Shown piece after piece: positions 24,143-34,666 of a stretch of 64,000 nt of DNA; position 1 is the stretch's first letter, and every line of letters starts with the position of its first letter. Source of the stretch: Squalus acanthias (Eukaryota); the NCBI GenBank assembly GCA_030390025.1, contig CM059431.1, forward strand, positions 147,066,001-147,130,000. The letters run 5' to 3'. The notes under the pieces are model-generated. The model was not told the DNA's origin. It was given only the letters and a program-made list of their open reading frames with translations, and searched no databases. The position numbers and the translations under genes are program-made.

Positions 24143-25079
24143 CTGGTTACATTTTCCGGCCTTGTCGCTTATTACAGCGAGGTGGCTGTTGGCTCCGCCC
24201 CATTGGTTCAACTTGTTCTACAAACCACGGACCAAGTCTTCCAGAATTCCAAGGTGTATGAGGAAGTCAACCATCAAACCATTCATTGACCACAGGGGTT
24301 CAGGAATGTTCAGATGGCCTTTGTTCTTGTCAATATCTCTTGTCTATTTCCCGGTGTTTCCCGATACTCTCTGTATCTCTGGCTGTGTTTATCTGTACGT
24401 GTCTTCCTGCAGGTTGATTTTGAACGAATACCTTTGTTTGTCTCTGTTGCATTAAATAAACGAGGGCATCAGGCGCTTCTCTCCATGGCAACGGGGAACT
24501 ATTGAGACAGACTTTAGAGTGAGGTTGTAGTTATGTCCAAAAGCAAAGAAAACATGCGTGTATCTGGACTTGGTCGAACACAATAAACAGATTTGTAGTT
24601 GCAAACGATATTTTGGTGTCGGAATTGAACTGCTTACATCTCCTCAAATTACTAATTAATATTGTGGTAACTTTACTCTGCACTTGCTGTGATCTGTGGG
24701 GATTGTTCATGTTCTGAGATGAATGAAGATGCAGTGAGAGGTTACAGAAAGGCCAGGCACCAATTACCGCATTGACTTCCGCTGGTAGAGCCGGACTGTG
24801 TAACTCAGTGAGGACAGGACTTTCCCCGGTGTGGAACCGGGAGAATATGCAGGACGTTGACCTCATTCTGTGGCGTCTGCTGTCATTGCACAGGCACGAT
24901 GGGCCAAATGGGCTCCTTCTTTGCTGCATCATTCGAGGACTCTATGATTACGTGCCAGCGACAAAGTTATCTCTGGCACTTTCGTTTGGTATATTCAAGG
25001 CTGAAATAGATAGATTTTTAGGCTCTGGCGGAATCAAGGGATGGAATCAAATTGAAAACAAAAGCATACAATGCTGCGA

Positions 25080-27032
25080 AGAATAGTGTAAGACAATTGG
25101 CAAACTTTTAAAAACCAGCAAAGGACGACAAAAAAATGATAGATATGATAGCTTATGAGAGTAAGCTAGCAAGAAATATAAAAAAGGACAGTAAGAGTTA
25201 CTACAGGTATATAAAAAGGAACAGAGTAGCTAAATTAAACTTTGGTCCCCTGGAGAATGAGTCTCGGGAATTAATAATGGGAAACAGGGAAATGGCAGAG
25301 TCTTTGAACAAATATTTTGTATCGGTCTTCATGGTATAAGAATGTAAAAGCATCCCAATAATGGATAATCAAGGGGCTATTGGGGTGGTGGGAGAACTTA
25401 AACAATCACTATCATTAGAGTGAAAGTACTAGGGAAGCTAATGGGACTAAAGGTGGAGAAGGGGAGTCCCCTGGACCCGATGGACTGCATCCTAGAGTCT
25501 TAAAAGAGGCGGTTGCAGAGATAGTGGAAGCATTGTTTGTAATCGAGCAAAATTCCCTGGATTTTGTAGAGGTCCCAGTGGACTGGAAAACCGTAAATGT
25601 AACGCCCCTATTTAAGAAATAAGGGAGACAGAAAGCAGGCAACTAACGACCAGTTAGCCTAACATCTGGCATTGGGAAAATGTTGGAGTCCATCATTAAG
25701 GAAGTGATAGCAGGACATTTAGAAAATCATAATATAGTCAAGCAGAGTTAGCATTTTTTTATGAAAGGGAAATCATCTTTTACAAATTTGCTGGAATTCT
25801 TTGAGGATGAACGAGCAGGGTGGAAAAGGAGGAACCAGTAGATGTCGTGTATTTGGATTTCCAGAAGGCATTCGATAAGGTGCCACATAAAAGGTTGCTA
25901 CACCAGATAAGAGCTCACGGGGTTGGGGATTATATATTAGCTTGAATAGAGGATTGGCTAACAGACAGGAAGCAGAGAGTCGGTATAAATGGGTCATTTT
26001 CATGTTGGCAAACTGTAACTAGTCGGATGCCGCAGGGATCAGTGCTGGGGCCTCAACGACTTACAAACTATACTAATGACTAGGATGAAGGGACTGAGTG
26101 TAATGCAGCCAAATTTCTGATGATACAAAGACAGCTGGGAAAGGAAATTGTGCGGAGAACGCAACGAATCTCCAAAGGAATATAGGTAGGCTATGTAAGT
26201 GGGCAAAAATCAGGCAAATGGAGTTTAATGTGCGAAAATGCTAGGTTATCCACTGTGGTAGGAAATTATTATTTAAATGGGGAGAGATTAAAAATACTGA
26301 GGTACAGAGGGATCTGGGGGTCCCTGTGCATGAATCACAAAAATTCAGCATGCAGGTACAGCAAGTAATTAGAAAGGCAAATGGAATGTTTGCCTTTATT
26401 GGAAAGGCAAAGGAGTATATAAGTAGGGAAGGCCTGTTACAACTGCACAGGGCGTTGGTGAGACCAGACCTGGAGTACTGCGTACAGTTTTGGTCTCCTT
26501 ATTTAAGGAAGGATATACTTGCATTGGCGGCAGTTGAGAGAAAGTGTACGAGGTTGATTCCGGTGATGAAGGGGTTGTCTTATGAGTAAAGGTTGAGAAG
26601 ATTGCGCCTATACTCATTGGAGTTCAGAAGAATGAGAGGGGATCTTATTGAAACATATAAGATTCTAAAGGGGCTTGACAGGGTAGATGCAGAGAGGATG
26701 TTTTCCCTCGTGGGGAAATGTAGAATTAAGGGGCATAATTTCAGAATAAGCGGGCACCCTTTTAAATCGGAAATGAGGAGGAATTTCTTCTCTCAGAGGG
26801 TCGTGAATCTTTGGAATTCTCTTCCCCAGAGAGCTGTGGAGGCTGGGTCATTGAATATATTTAAGGTCGAGAAAAAACAGATTTTTGAAAGGTAAGGGAG
26901 TCAAGGGTTATGGGGAGTGGGCAGGGTAGTGGAGTTGAGGCCAAGATCAGATCAGCCGTGATCTTATTGAATGGCGGAGCAGGCTCGAGGGCTCAAACGA
27001 CCTAATCCTGTTCCTATATCTTATGTTATCTT
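25080..27032 (+). mobile_element. CR1 LINE ORF2 (RT) and 3' UTR, decayed
   Basis: [55 protein letters not shown] tail. Confidence 0.9.
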
Positions 27033-29014
27033 ATGTAAGGGATATGGGGATCGAACGAGAAGGTGGAGTTGAGGTAGAAAATCATCAATGGAATTATTGA
27101 ATGATGGAGCAGGCTCGAGGTGCTGTATGGTCTGGAGCGGAGACTTTTGCAAGAGCTGTTGGAGAGGGTTCAAACTAGCTTTGCAGGGGGATGGGCACAA
27201 GCATATAGGAGTAGAAAAGAGGAAAAAGGTGCATAAAAGAGTGAGCGTGTTGGATAGTACTAGAGAATATAGTACTTGAGGCGGTAGTAGTACCATATTA
27301 GTTAGGAGTAGACTAAGATAGACTGTGAAAAATTCAAACATTGGGTTAGAATGCATGTATGGAAACGCACAAGGTGTGATGAATAAGGTTGTTTACCTAC
27401 AAGAACAATTAGCCGTGTGGCAATTTCATGTCGTGGCAATAACGAAAACGTGGCTTAAAAACGGTGAGAACTGTGTACTGAATATTCAAGGGTACAAGGT
27501 GTTCAGAAAAGACAGTGAAGGAAAAAAGGGAGCTACTGTGACAGTGCTGTTTAAGGAAGACATTGTAGCTTTGGAAAGGGAGGATGTTCTTGAGGGTACA
27601 AGGAAAGAATCAATTTTGTTAGAGTTGAGGAGCAAAAAGGGTATGATCATGCCTCCAAATAGTGAGAGCGAGGTTGCGGAGCAAATCTGCAGTTAAATCG
27701 CAGAGATATGCAAGAGCTATCGAGTGGTCATATTGAGGGAATTTAGTTATCCAAATATCGATTGGGATAATGCTAGGGTAAAGGAAATGAGAGGGAGGAA
27801 TTTCTGAAATGTGTTCAGGGGAATTTCCTTGACCAGTATGTTCTTGGCCCAACTAGTAAGGAGGCATTGCTGGAGCTGGCGCTTGGGAATAAGGTGGGCC
27901 AATTCCACCAAGTGGCTGTGGGAAAACACTTGGGTACGTGTGATCAAGGTATCATAACATTTAGATTAGCAATGGAGAGGAGCAAGGAACAATCTAGAGT
28001 GGAGCATCTAAACTGGAATAGGGCTAACTTCAATGCGATGTAAAATGATCTAGCCAGGGCAAAATGGAAGCAAAGACTGACATGAAAAACTGTAATGGAA
28101 CAATGGGCGATCATTCAGGAGAGATGTTTCAAGTAAAGGCTAGGTACATTCCAACAAGAGGGAAGGGAAACGGAACCAATACAAGTGCTCCTTGGAAGCC
28201 GAGGGAGATAGAAGATGATGAAGCAAAAAACGAGATTGTATGATGCATGTCTGGTGAATTCTTCAAGGGAGAACCAGACCAAATACAATAAGTTGAGAGC
28301 GGAAGTGAAGATCAAAATCAGATTGGCAAAGAGAGAATATGAGAGTAGAATAGCGGTTAACAAATAAAGCAATCCAAAATTCTTCTACTGCTATGTAAAC
28401 AGTAAGCGGGTAGTAAGAGGCGGGCTGCGGTCTATTGGGCATAAAGTAGGTGATGTCTGCTCAGGACAACAGGGCAAGATAATAATACGCAATGAATACT
28501 TTGGTTCGGTGTTTACTAAGGTGATGGATGCTGACAAAATATCGGTAAAAGTGGAAATGTTAGAAGCAATGGAAGGGGTAAAAATTGAGAGACAGGATGT
28601 ACTAGAAAGGCTGGGTATGCTGAAAGAGAAGATAGGTCGCCTGGTCCAGATGTCTTGCATCCCAGGTTGCTACGGGAATTGGGGGACGAGATAGCAGAAG
28701 GGCTTGCCATAATTTTCCAATGTTCCCCAGCTGCCTGGGAGATGCCTGAGGATTGAAAAGTGGCAAATGTAACACTATTGTTCAAGAATGGGCGTAAGGA
28801 CAATCCTAGAAAATATAGGCCGGTCAGTTTAACATCAATGTTGATTAAATTTTAGAAACAATATTCAAGGGAAAAAATAACGGGCACTTGGACTGGTTTA
28901 AGCTAACTTAGGAGAGCCAACACGGATTTGTAAAAGGCAGATCGTTTTGACTAATCTAATTACATTTTCTGGGAAGTAACAGAGAGGATTGATGAAGGGA
29001 ATGGAATGGATGTT

Positions 29015-30100
29015 ACCAGTGCTTCCGACATATCTTCCTTTTTCCTCAACCGAGGATTCCCCTCTACCGTGGTCGACACGGCCCTCGACCGTGTCCGTTC
29101 TATCTCCCGCACTTCTGCCCACACCCCTGCCCTTACTTCCCGGAACCACAATAGAGTTCCCCTTGTCCTCACCTTTCACCCCACCAGCCTGCACATTCAA
29201 CGGATCATCCGCCGACATTTCCGTCACCTCCAGCGTGATCCCACCACCAAACGCATCTTCCCCTCACCTCCCCTTTCAGCATTCCGCAGGGACCGCTCCG
29301 ACCGCGACACCCTAGTCCACTCCTCTACCACCCCCAGCATCCCTTCCCCTTCGCCCGGCACCTTCCCGTGCAAGCGCAGGAGAAGCAAAACATGCCCTTA
29401 TACCTCCCCTCTTCCCACTGTCCAGGGCCCCAAACACCCCTTCCAGGTGAAACAGCGATTTACTTGTACTTCCTGCAATTTAGTATACTATGTTCGCTGC
29501 TCACGATGTGGTCTCCTCTACTTTGCAGAACACCTCGGTTCAGTCCGTAAGGGGGACCCCGAGCTCCCGGTCGCCTGTCACTTTAATTCATCGCTTCACT
29601 CCCACTCTGACCTCACCGTCCTCGGCCTGTTACACTGTTCGACGGAAGCTCGAGGAACAGCACCTCATCTTTCGATTAGGCACCCTACAGCCCTGTGGAC
29701 TCAACATCAAGTTCAACAATTTCAGATCATAACCTCGGCCCCTATCACATTTATATTTTATTTTTTCATTCACCCTTTTATTTCCCCCCTCCCTTTTTTT
29801 CCCTCCTAGAAGCTGGCAGCTGTCCTTCATTCTGCCAGTGCATTTCACTCTTCTTTCAGCCTCAACCTGTTACATCAACACCACCTCTTGCCTTGAATAT
29901 CTCTTAATGTCTCTTAATCTCTCCTTTTGTTCTTTCATCCCCTCCCCCTTTTCCCAGCTTTATCCTTGCCTTAAATCTATTTGATTCCCTGCTGTTTCCA
30001 GTTCTGATGAAAGTTCTCGAACTGAAACGTTAACTCTGTTTCTCTCTCCACGGATGCTGCCTCGCCTGCTGAGTTTTTCCAGCGTTTTCTGTTGTTATTT
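29015..30100 (+). mobile_element. 5'-truncated Penelope-like element (GIY-YIG region plus pseudo-LTR)
   Basis: FLNRGFP..RVPLVLTFHP..AFRRDRS..GTFPC..C..FTCTSCNLVYYVRCSRCGLLY; TGGATGTT duplicated at 29007-29014 and 30101-30108. Confidence 0.9.
30000..30035 (+). ncRNA. Minimal hammerhead ribozyme motif in the Penelope pLTR
   Basis: AGTT-CTGATGA-A-AGTT(CTCG)AACT-GAAA-CG-TT-AACT; stems I and II pair, stem III is the palindrome AACGTT. Confidence 0.7.
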
Positions 30101-31199
30101 TGGATGTTGTCTACATGGATTATCCGAAGGCGTTTGAAAAAGTACCACATAGAGGGCTGGTTAACAAAATTGACGCTCATGGAATAGGTGGGTCAGTGGC
30201 AGCCAGGCTAAGGAATTGTCATACGGACAGAAAACAGCGATTTGAGCTAAATGGCTGCTTTTAACACTAAGGATGGTAGACAGTGACGTTCTCCAAGTGT
30301 CAGTGCTGGGGCCACTGCTTTTTTGATATATATAAATGACCTGGATATTGGTATACAGAGCAGATTTTGAAAATTTGCCGATGACACCAAACTTGAGGGT
30401 GCGACAAACAGTGAGGATGATACCAATCGACTGCAACAGAACATAGAAAGGCCAGCAGAATTGGCGGACAAGTGGAGATGGATTCTAATAAAGAGAAGTG
30501 GAAGGTGATGCATTTTGGCAGAAGGAACAGGGAGAGGCAATTTACACTTAATGGCACAATTTTAAAGAGTGTGCAGGGACAGAGGGACCTGGGCGTTACA
30601 CGATTATGACGGATTTGGATAGGCTAGAAGTGGAAACGCTGTTCCCACTAGTTGACGGTACAAGGACTAGGGGACACAGATTTAAGTTGTTGGGCAAGAG
30701 ATACGGGGGGATGTGAGGACAAACTTTTTTATGCAGCGAGAGGTGATGACCTGGAATTCGCTGCCGACGGAAGTGGTGGAAGTGGAGACACGCGATGTAG
30801 TCAAGGGGAGACTGGATAGGCACTTGAGGGAAATAAACTTGCAGGGCCACGGGGATAGAGCTGGGGAATGGGACTGACTGGATTGCTCTTCAGAGAGCCG
30901 CCACGGACTCAATATGCCGAATGCCCTCGTTCTGTGCCGTGTGGCTCTATGACTGTATGATATCTGGTCCTAATTCTTATGTTCTTATGTAGAGTAGGGT
31001 TAGCATCAGAAATGTTAAATTGTCGTTATTACCGCTAATGTTAGTGTATAGTCATCAACAATAATGTTAGAATACGGTTACCGCCAAAAATGTTAGAGTT
31101 GACTGACCACCAGTATTGATAGTGTAGAACCGCCATCGGTAATGTTATAGTTCGGTCATCGTAAATAATGTAAGATTAAGGTCACCACTAATGACATTA

Positions 31200-32175
31200 T
31201 AAGAAAATAAGAAATAGGAGCAGGAATAGGCCACTTGGCCCCTCGAGCCTGCTCTGGCATTCAATAATATCATGGCTGATCTTGGACTCAAAGCCACTTC
31301 GCTGCCCGTTCACCATAACCCTTCATTCCCTTATCTAGCAAAAATCAGTCTATCTCCAGCTTCAATGTATATAATAACCCAGCATCCACAGCTCTTTGCG
31401 ACAGAGAATTCCACAGATTTACGACCATCTGAGAGAAGAAATTCCTTTTCATCTCAGTTCTAAAAGGGCGACCCTTTATTCTGAAACTGTGCCCCCGAGT
31501 TCTAGATTTCCCCACGACGAGAATCATCCTCTCTGCGGCTACCTTGTCGAGCCCCCTCCGTATCTTATATGTTTCAATAAGATCAGCTCTCATTCTTCAA
31601 AATTCCAATGATTAAAGGCGCAGCCTGCTCAACCTTCCCTCATAAGTCAACCGCAAGATCTCTGGAATTAACCAAGGGAATTGTCTCTGAACTGCCTCCA
31701 ATGCAAGAATATCCTTCCTGAAATAATGAGACCAAAACTGTACGCAGTACTCAAGGTGTGGTCTCACCAATACCCTGTACAGTTGTAGCAAAGCTTCCCT
31801 GCTTTTATACTCCAACCCCCTTGAAATAAAGACCGACATTGCATTTGCCTTTTTGATTACTTGCTGTACCTGCATGCTAAATTTTTGTGTTTCATGCACA
31901 AGGCCCCCCAGGTCCCTCTGAACGTCAGCATTTTGTAATGTCTCTCCATTTAAATAATAAGTGGCTTTTTTTATTTTTCCCGCCGAAGTGGATAACTCCG
32001 CATTTTCCCACATTATACTCCATCTGCAAAATGTTTTCCCACTCACTTAGCCTGTCCATATCCCTCTGCAGATTTTTTGATTCCTCTGCACAACATGCTT
32101 TCCCACCCATCTTTGTATCATCCGCAAACATGGCTGCAAAACACTCGGTCCCATTATCCAAGTCATTAATGAGAT
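31200..32175 (-). mobile_element. 5'-truncated CR1 LINE
   Basis: [36 protein letters not shown], 3' UTR at 31200-31330. Confidence 0.9.
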
Positions 32176-32224
32176 TAGAATAAATGGGCAAAGGCTGTAA
32201 AATCTTCACTGGCTGTAGTCATAC

Positions 32225-33225
32225 CTACCACAAAGGAAGATGGTTGTGGTGTTTGAAGGCCAATCATCACAGCGCAGGAGTTCCTCAGGGCAGTGTCCTA
32301 GGCCCAACCATCTTCAGCTGCTTCATCAATGACCTTCCTTCCAACAAAAGGTCAGAAATGGGGTGGTTCGCTGTTGACTGCACAGTGTTCAGTACCATTC
32401 ACAACTCCTCAGATAATAAAGCAGCCCATGCCAGCATGCAATAAGACCTGGACGATGTACAGGCTTGGGCTGATAAGTTAAAGGTAACATTCACGCCACA
32501 GAAGTGCCAGGTAATGACTATCTCCAACAAGCGAGAGTCTACCCACTCCCCTTGACATTCAACGGCATTACCATCAGCGAATTCCTCACCATCAACAGCC
32601 TGGGGAAACCATTGACCAGAAACTTAACTGTACCAGCCACATAAATAATGTGGCATCAAGAGCAGGTCAGAGGTTGGGTATTCTGTGGCGTGTGTCTCAC
32701 CTCCTGACTCCCCAAAGCAACTCTAGCATCTACAAGGCACAAGTAAGGGGTGTGATGGAATACTCTCCACGTGCCTGGATGAATGCAGCTCCAAAAACAC
32801 TCAAGAAGCTCGACACAATCCAGGACAAAGCAACCCGCTTCATTGGCATCCCATCTACCACCTTAAACATTCACTCCATCCACCACCGGCGAACCGTAGC
32901 TGCAGTGTATACCGTCTACAAGATGCAATGCAGCAACTCGCCAAGGCTTCATCGGCAGCACCTCCCGAACACGTGTCCTCTTCCAACTAGAAGGACAAGG
33001 GCAGCAGACGCATGGGAACACCACCACCTGCAAGTTCCCTTCCAAGTCACCCACCATGCTGACTTAGAAGTATATCGCCGATCCTTCTTCGTCGCTGGGT
33101 CAAAATCCTGGAACTCCCTACCTAACAGCACCGTGGGAGCACCTTCACCACACGGACTGCAACGGTTCAAAAGGCAGCTCACCACCAGCTTCTCAAGGGC
33201 AATTAGGTCTAGCCAATAAATCCCA
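32225..33225 (+). mobile_element. CR1-group (Zenon-like) LINE RT 3' part
   Basis: [56 protein letters not shown]. Confidence 0.75.
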
Positions 33226-33244
33226 TAAACAAACAAATACTGCC

Positions 33245-34300
33245 AGTATCGCTAAAGTATAGTCAACACTAGTAGGATGATGACCCGCAATGCTAGAATT
33301 GAATCCTCAAAACGCATATCTTTGCACGGCCATTACCATTAATGTTAGAGTAGGGGGATTAGCAGCAATTTTAAATAGGTATACCACCAGTAGTGTTAGA
33401 GTAGGCCCACCAACTGCAATGGATGCCTTGGGTCACCGCCAGTAATGTTATTTTAGAGTCAGCACCAGTAATGGTAGATTAGAGACACCACTAGTGATGT
33501 GAGATTAGGGTCACCAGCATTTATGTTAGATTAGAGTCACTACCAGTAATATTAGTGTAGAGTCACCACCAGTAATGTTACAGTTGTGTCACCACCAGTA
33601 TGGTTTGAGTAGGGCCATCGTCAGTTATGTTGGAGTATGGTCAACACCAGTAATGTTAGAGTAACGTCACCACCAGTAACGTGGAAGTAAGTCACCACCA
33701 GCAATGTTAGATTTGTGTCAGCACCAGTAATGTTTGCGTCGGGTCACCAGCAGTAATGTTAGAGTAGGTTCACCGCCAGTAATGTTAGAGTAGGTTCACC
33801 GCCAGTAATGTTAGAGTAGGTTCACCTCCAGTAATGTTTGAGTCGGGTGACCACCAATAATGTTAGCGTAGGGTCACCACCAGTAATGGTAGAGTCGAGT
33901 CACCACCAGTAATGTTAGATTAGAGTCACCACCATTAATGTTAGAGTATGGTCACCGCCAGTAATATTGGAGTAGGGTCACCACCAATAATGTTAGAGTA
34001 GAGTCACCACCAATAATGTTAGAGTAGGGTCACCACTAGTAATGTTAGGGTAGGGCCACCGCCAGTAATCTTAGTGCAGAGTCACCACCAATAATGTTGG
34101 GTTACCGGTGATAATATTAGAGCATTATCACCACCAGTAACGGTAGAATAGGCTCATCACCATTACTGTCAGCGTAGCGTCATCACCATTAATATAAAAT
34201 GTAGGGTCCCAGCCAGTAATGTTAGAGAGGAGTCATCACTTGTAATGTTAGCGATGAATCATTGCCAGTAATATTAGAGTGGAGTCATCACTAATTATCA
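33245..34300. repeat. 26-bp minisatellite (CACCACCAGTAATGTTAGAGTAGGGT); more degenerate units at 30990-31200
   Basis: 26-nt period, e.g. GTCACCACC at 33977 and 34003; dozens of units. Confidence 0.92.
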
Positions 34301-34512
34301 TTACAGTAAAAAAAACAAACCTAGGTTATGCAATGGTTGAGTGAAGTTTTCACCGAATGGATTTGAGACCTCAAGAGTCTAACGCAGATTCCAGGAGAGA
34401 TGTTCCATTCAGGGTTCAGGGACCAAGCGCAGGGCACACTCCCTCTGAGATTACTTTCCGTACAATTTCCCCATTGGCGACCCGGCGCACTGAAGCGGAA
34501 AATCGCCCCTTG

Positions 34513-34589
34513 TTTGTTAAGTGACTGTAACTAAAGCCAAATATTTAGTAATCTGTTTTTCTGATCGGGGCACCGATTGTTCTATAAAT
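34513..34589 (+). promoter_or_regulatory. Conserved upstream motif and TATA box of the second GPCR
   Basis: TTTGTTAAGTGACTGTAACTAAAGCCAA 34513-34540; TATAAAT 34583-34589. Confidence 0.6.
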
Positions 34590-34666
34590 GGGGGAGGATT
34601 TACCGATCTCCGATACACTCCAGTCCGAACCATAAAGCTGGACAGATTTTGCACAGTTATTTTTAA

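Larger units (their letters stand above)
27140..30990 (+). mobile_element. Long decayed CR1 (end of ORF1, APE, RT, 3' UTR) interrupted by a Penelope element
   Basis: CMYGNAQGVMNK..VAITKTWLK..IQGYKVFRKD (APE); RT motifs continue on both sides of 29015-30100. Confidence 0.85.
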
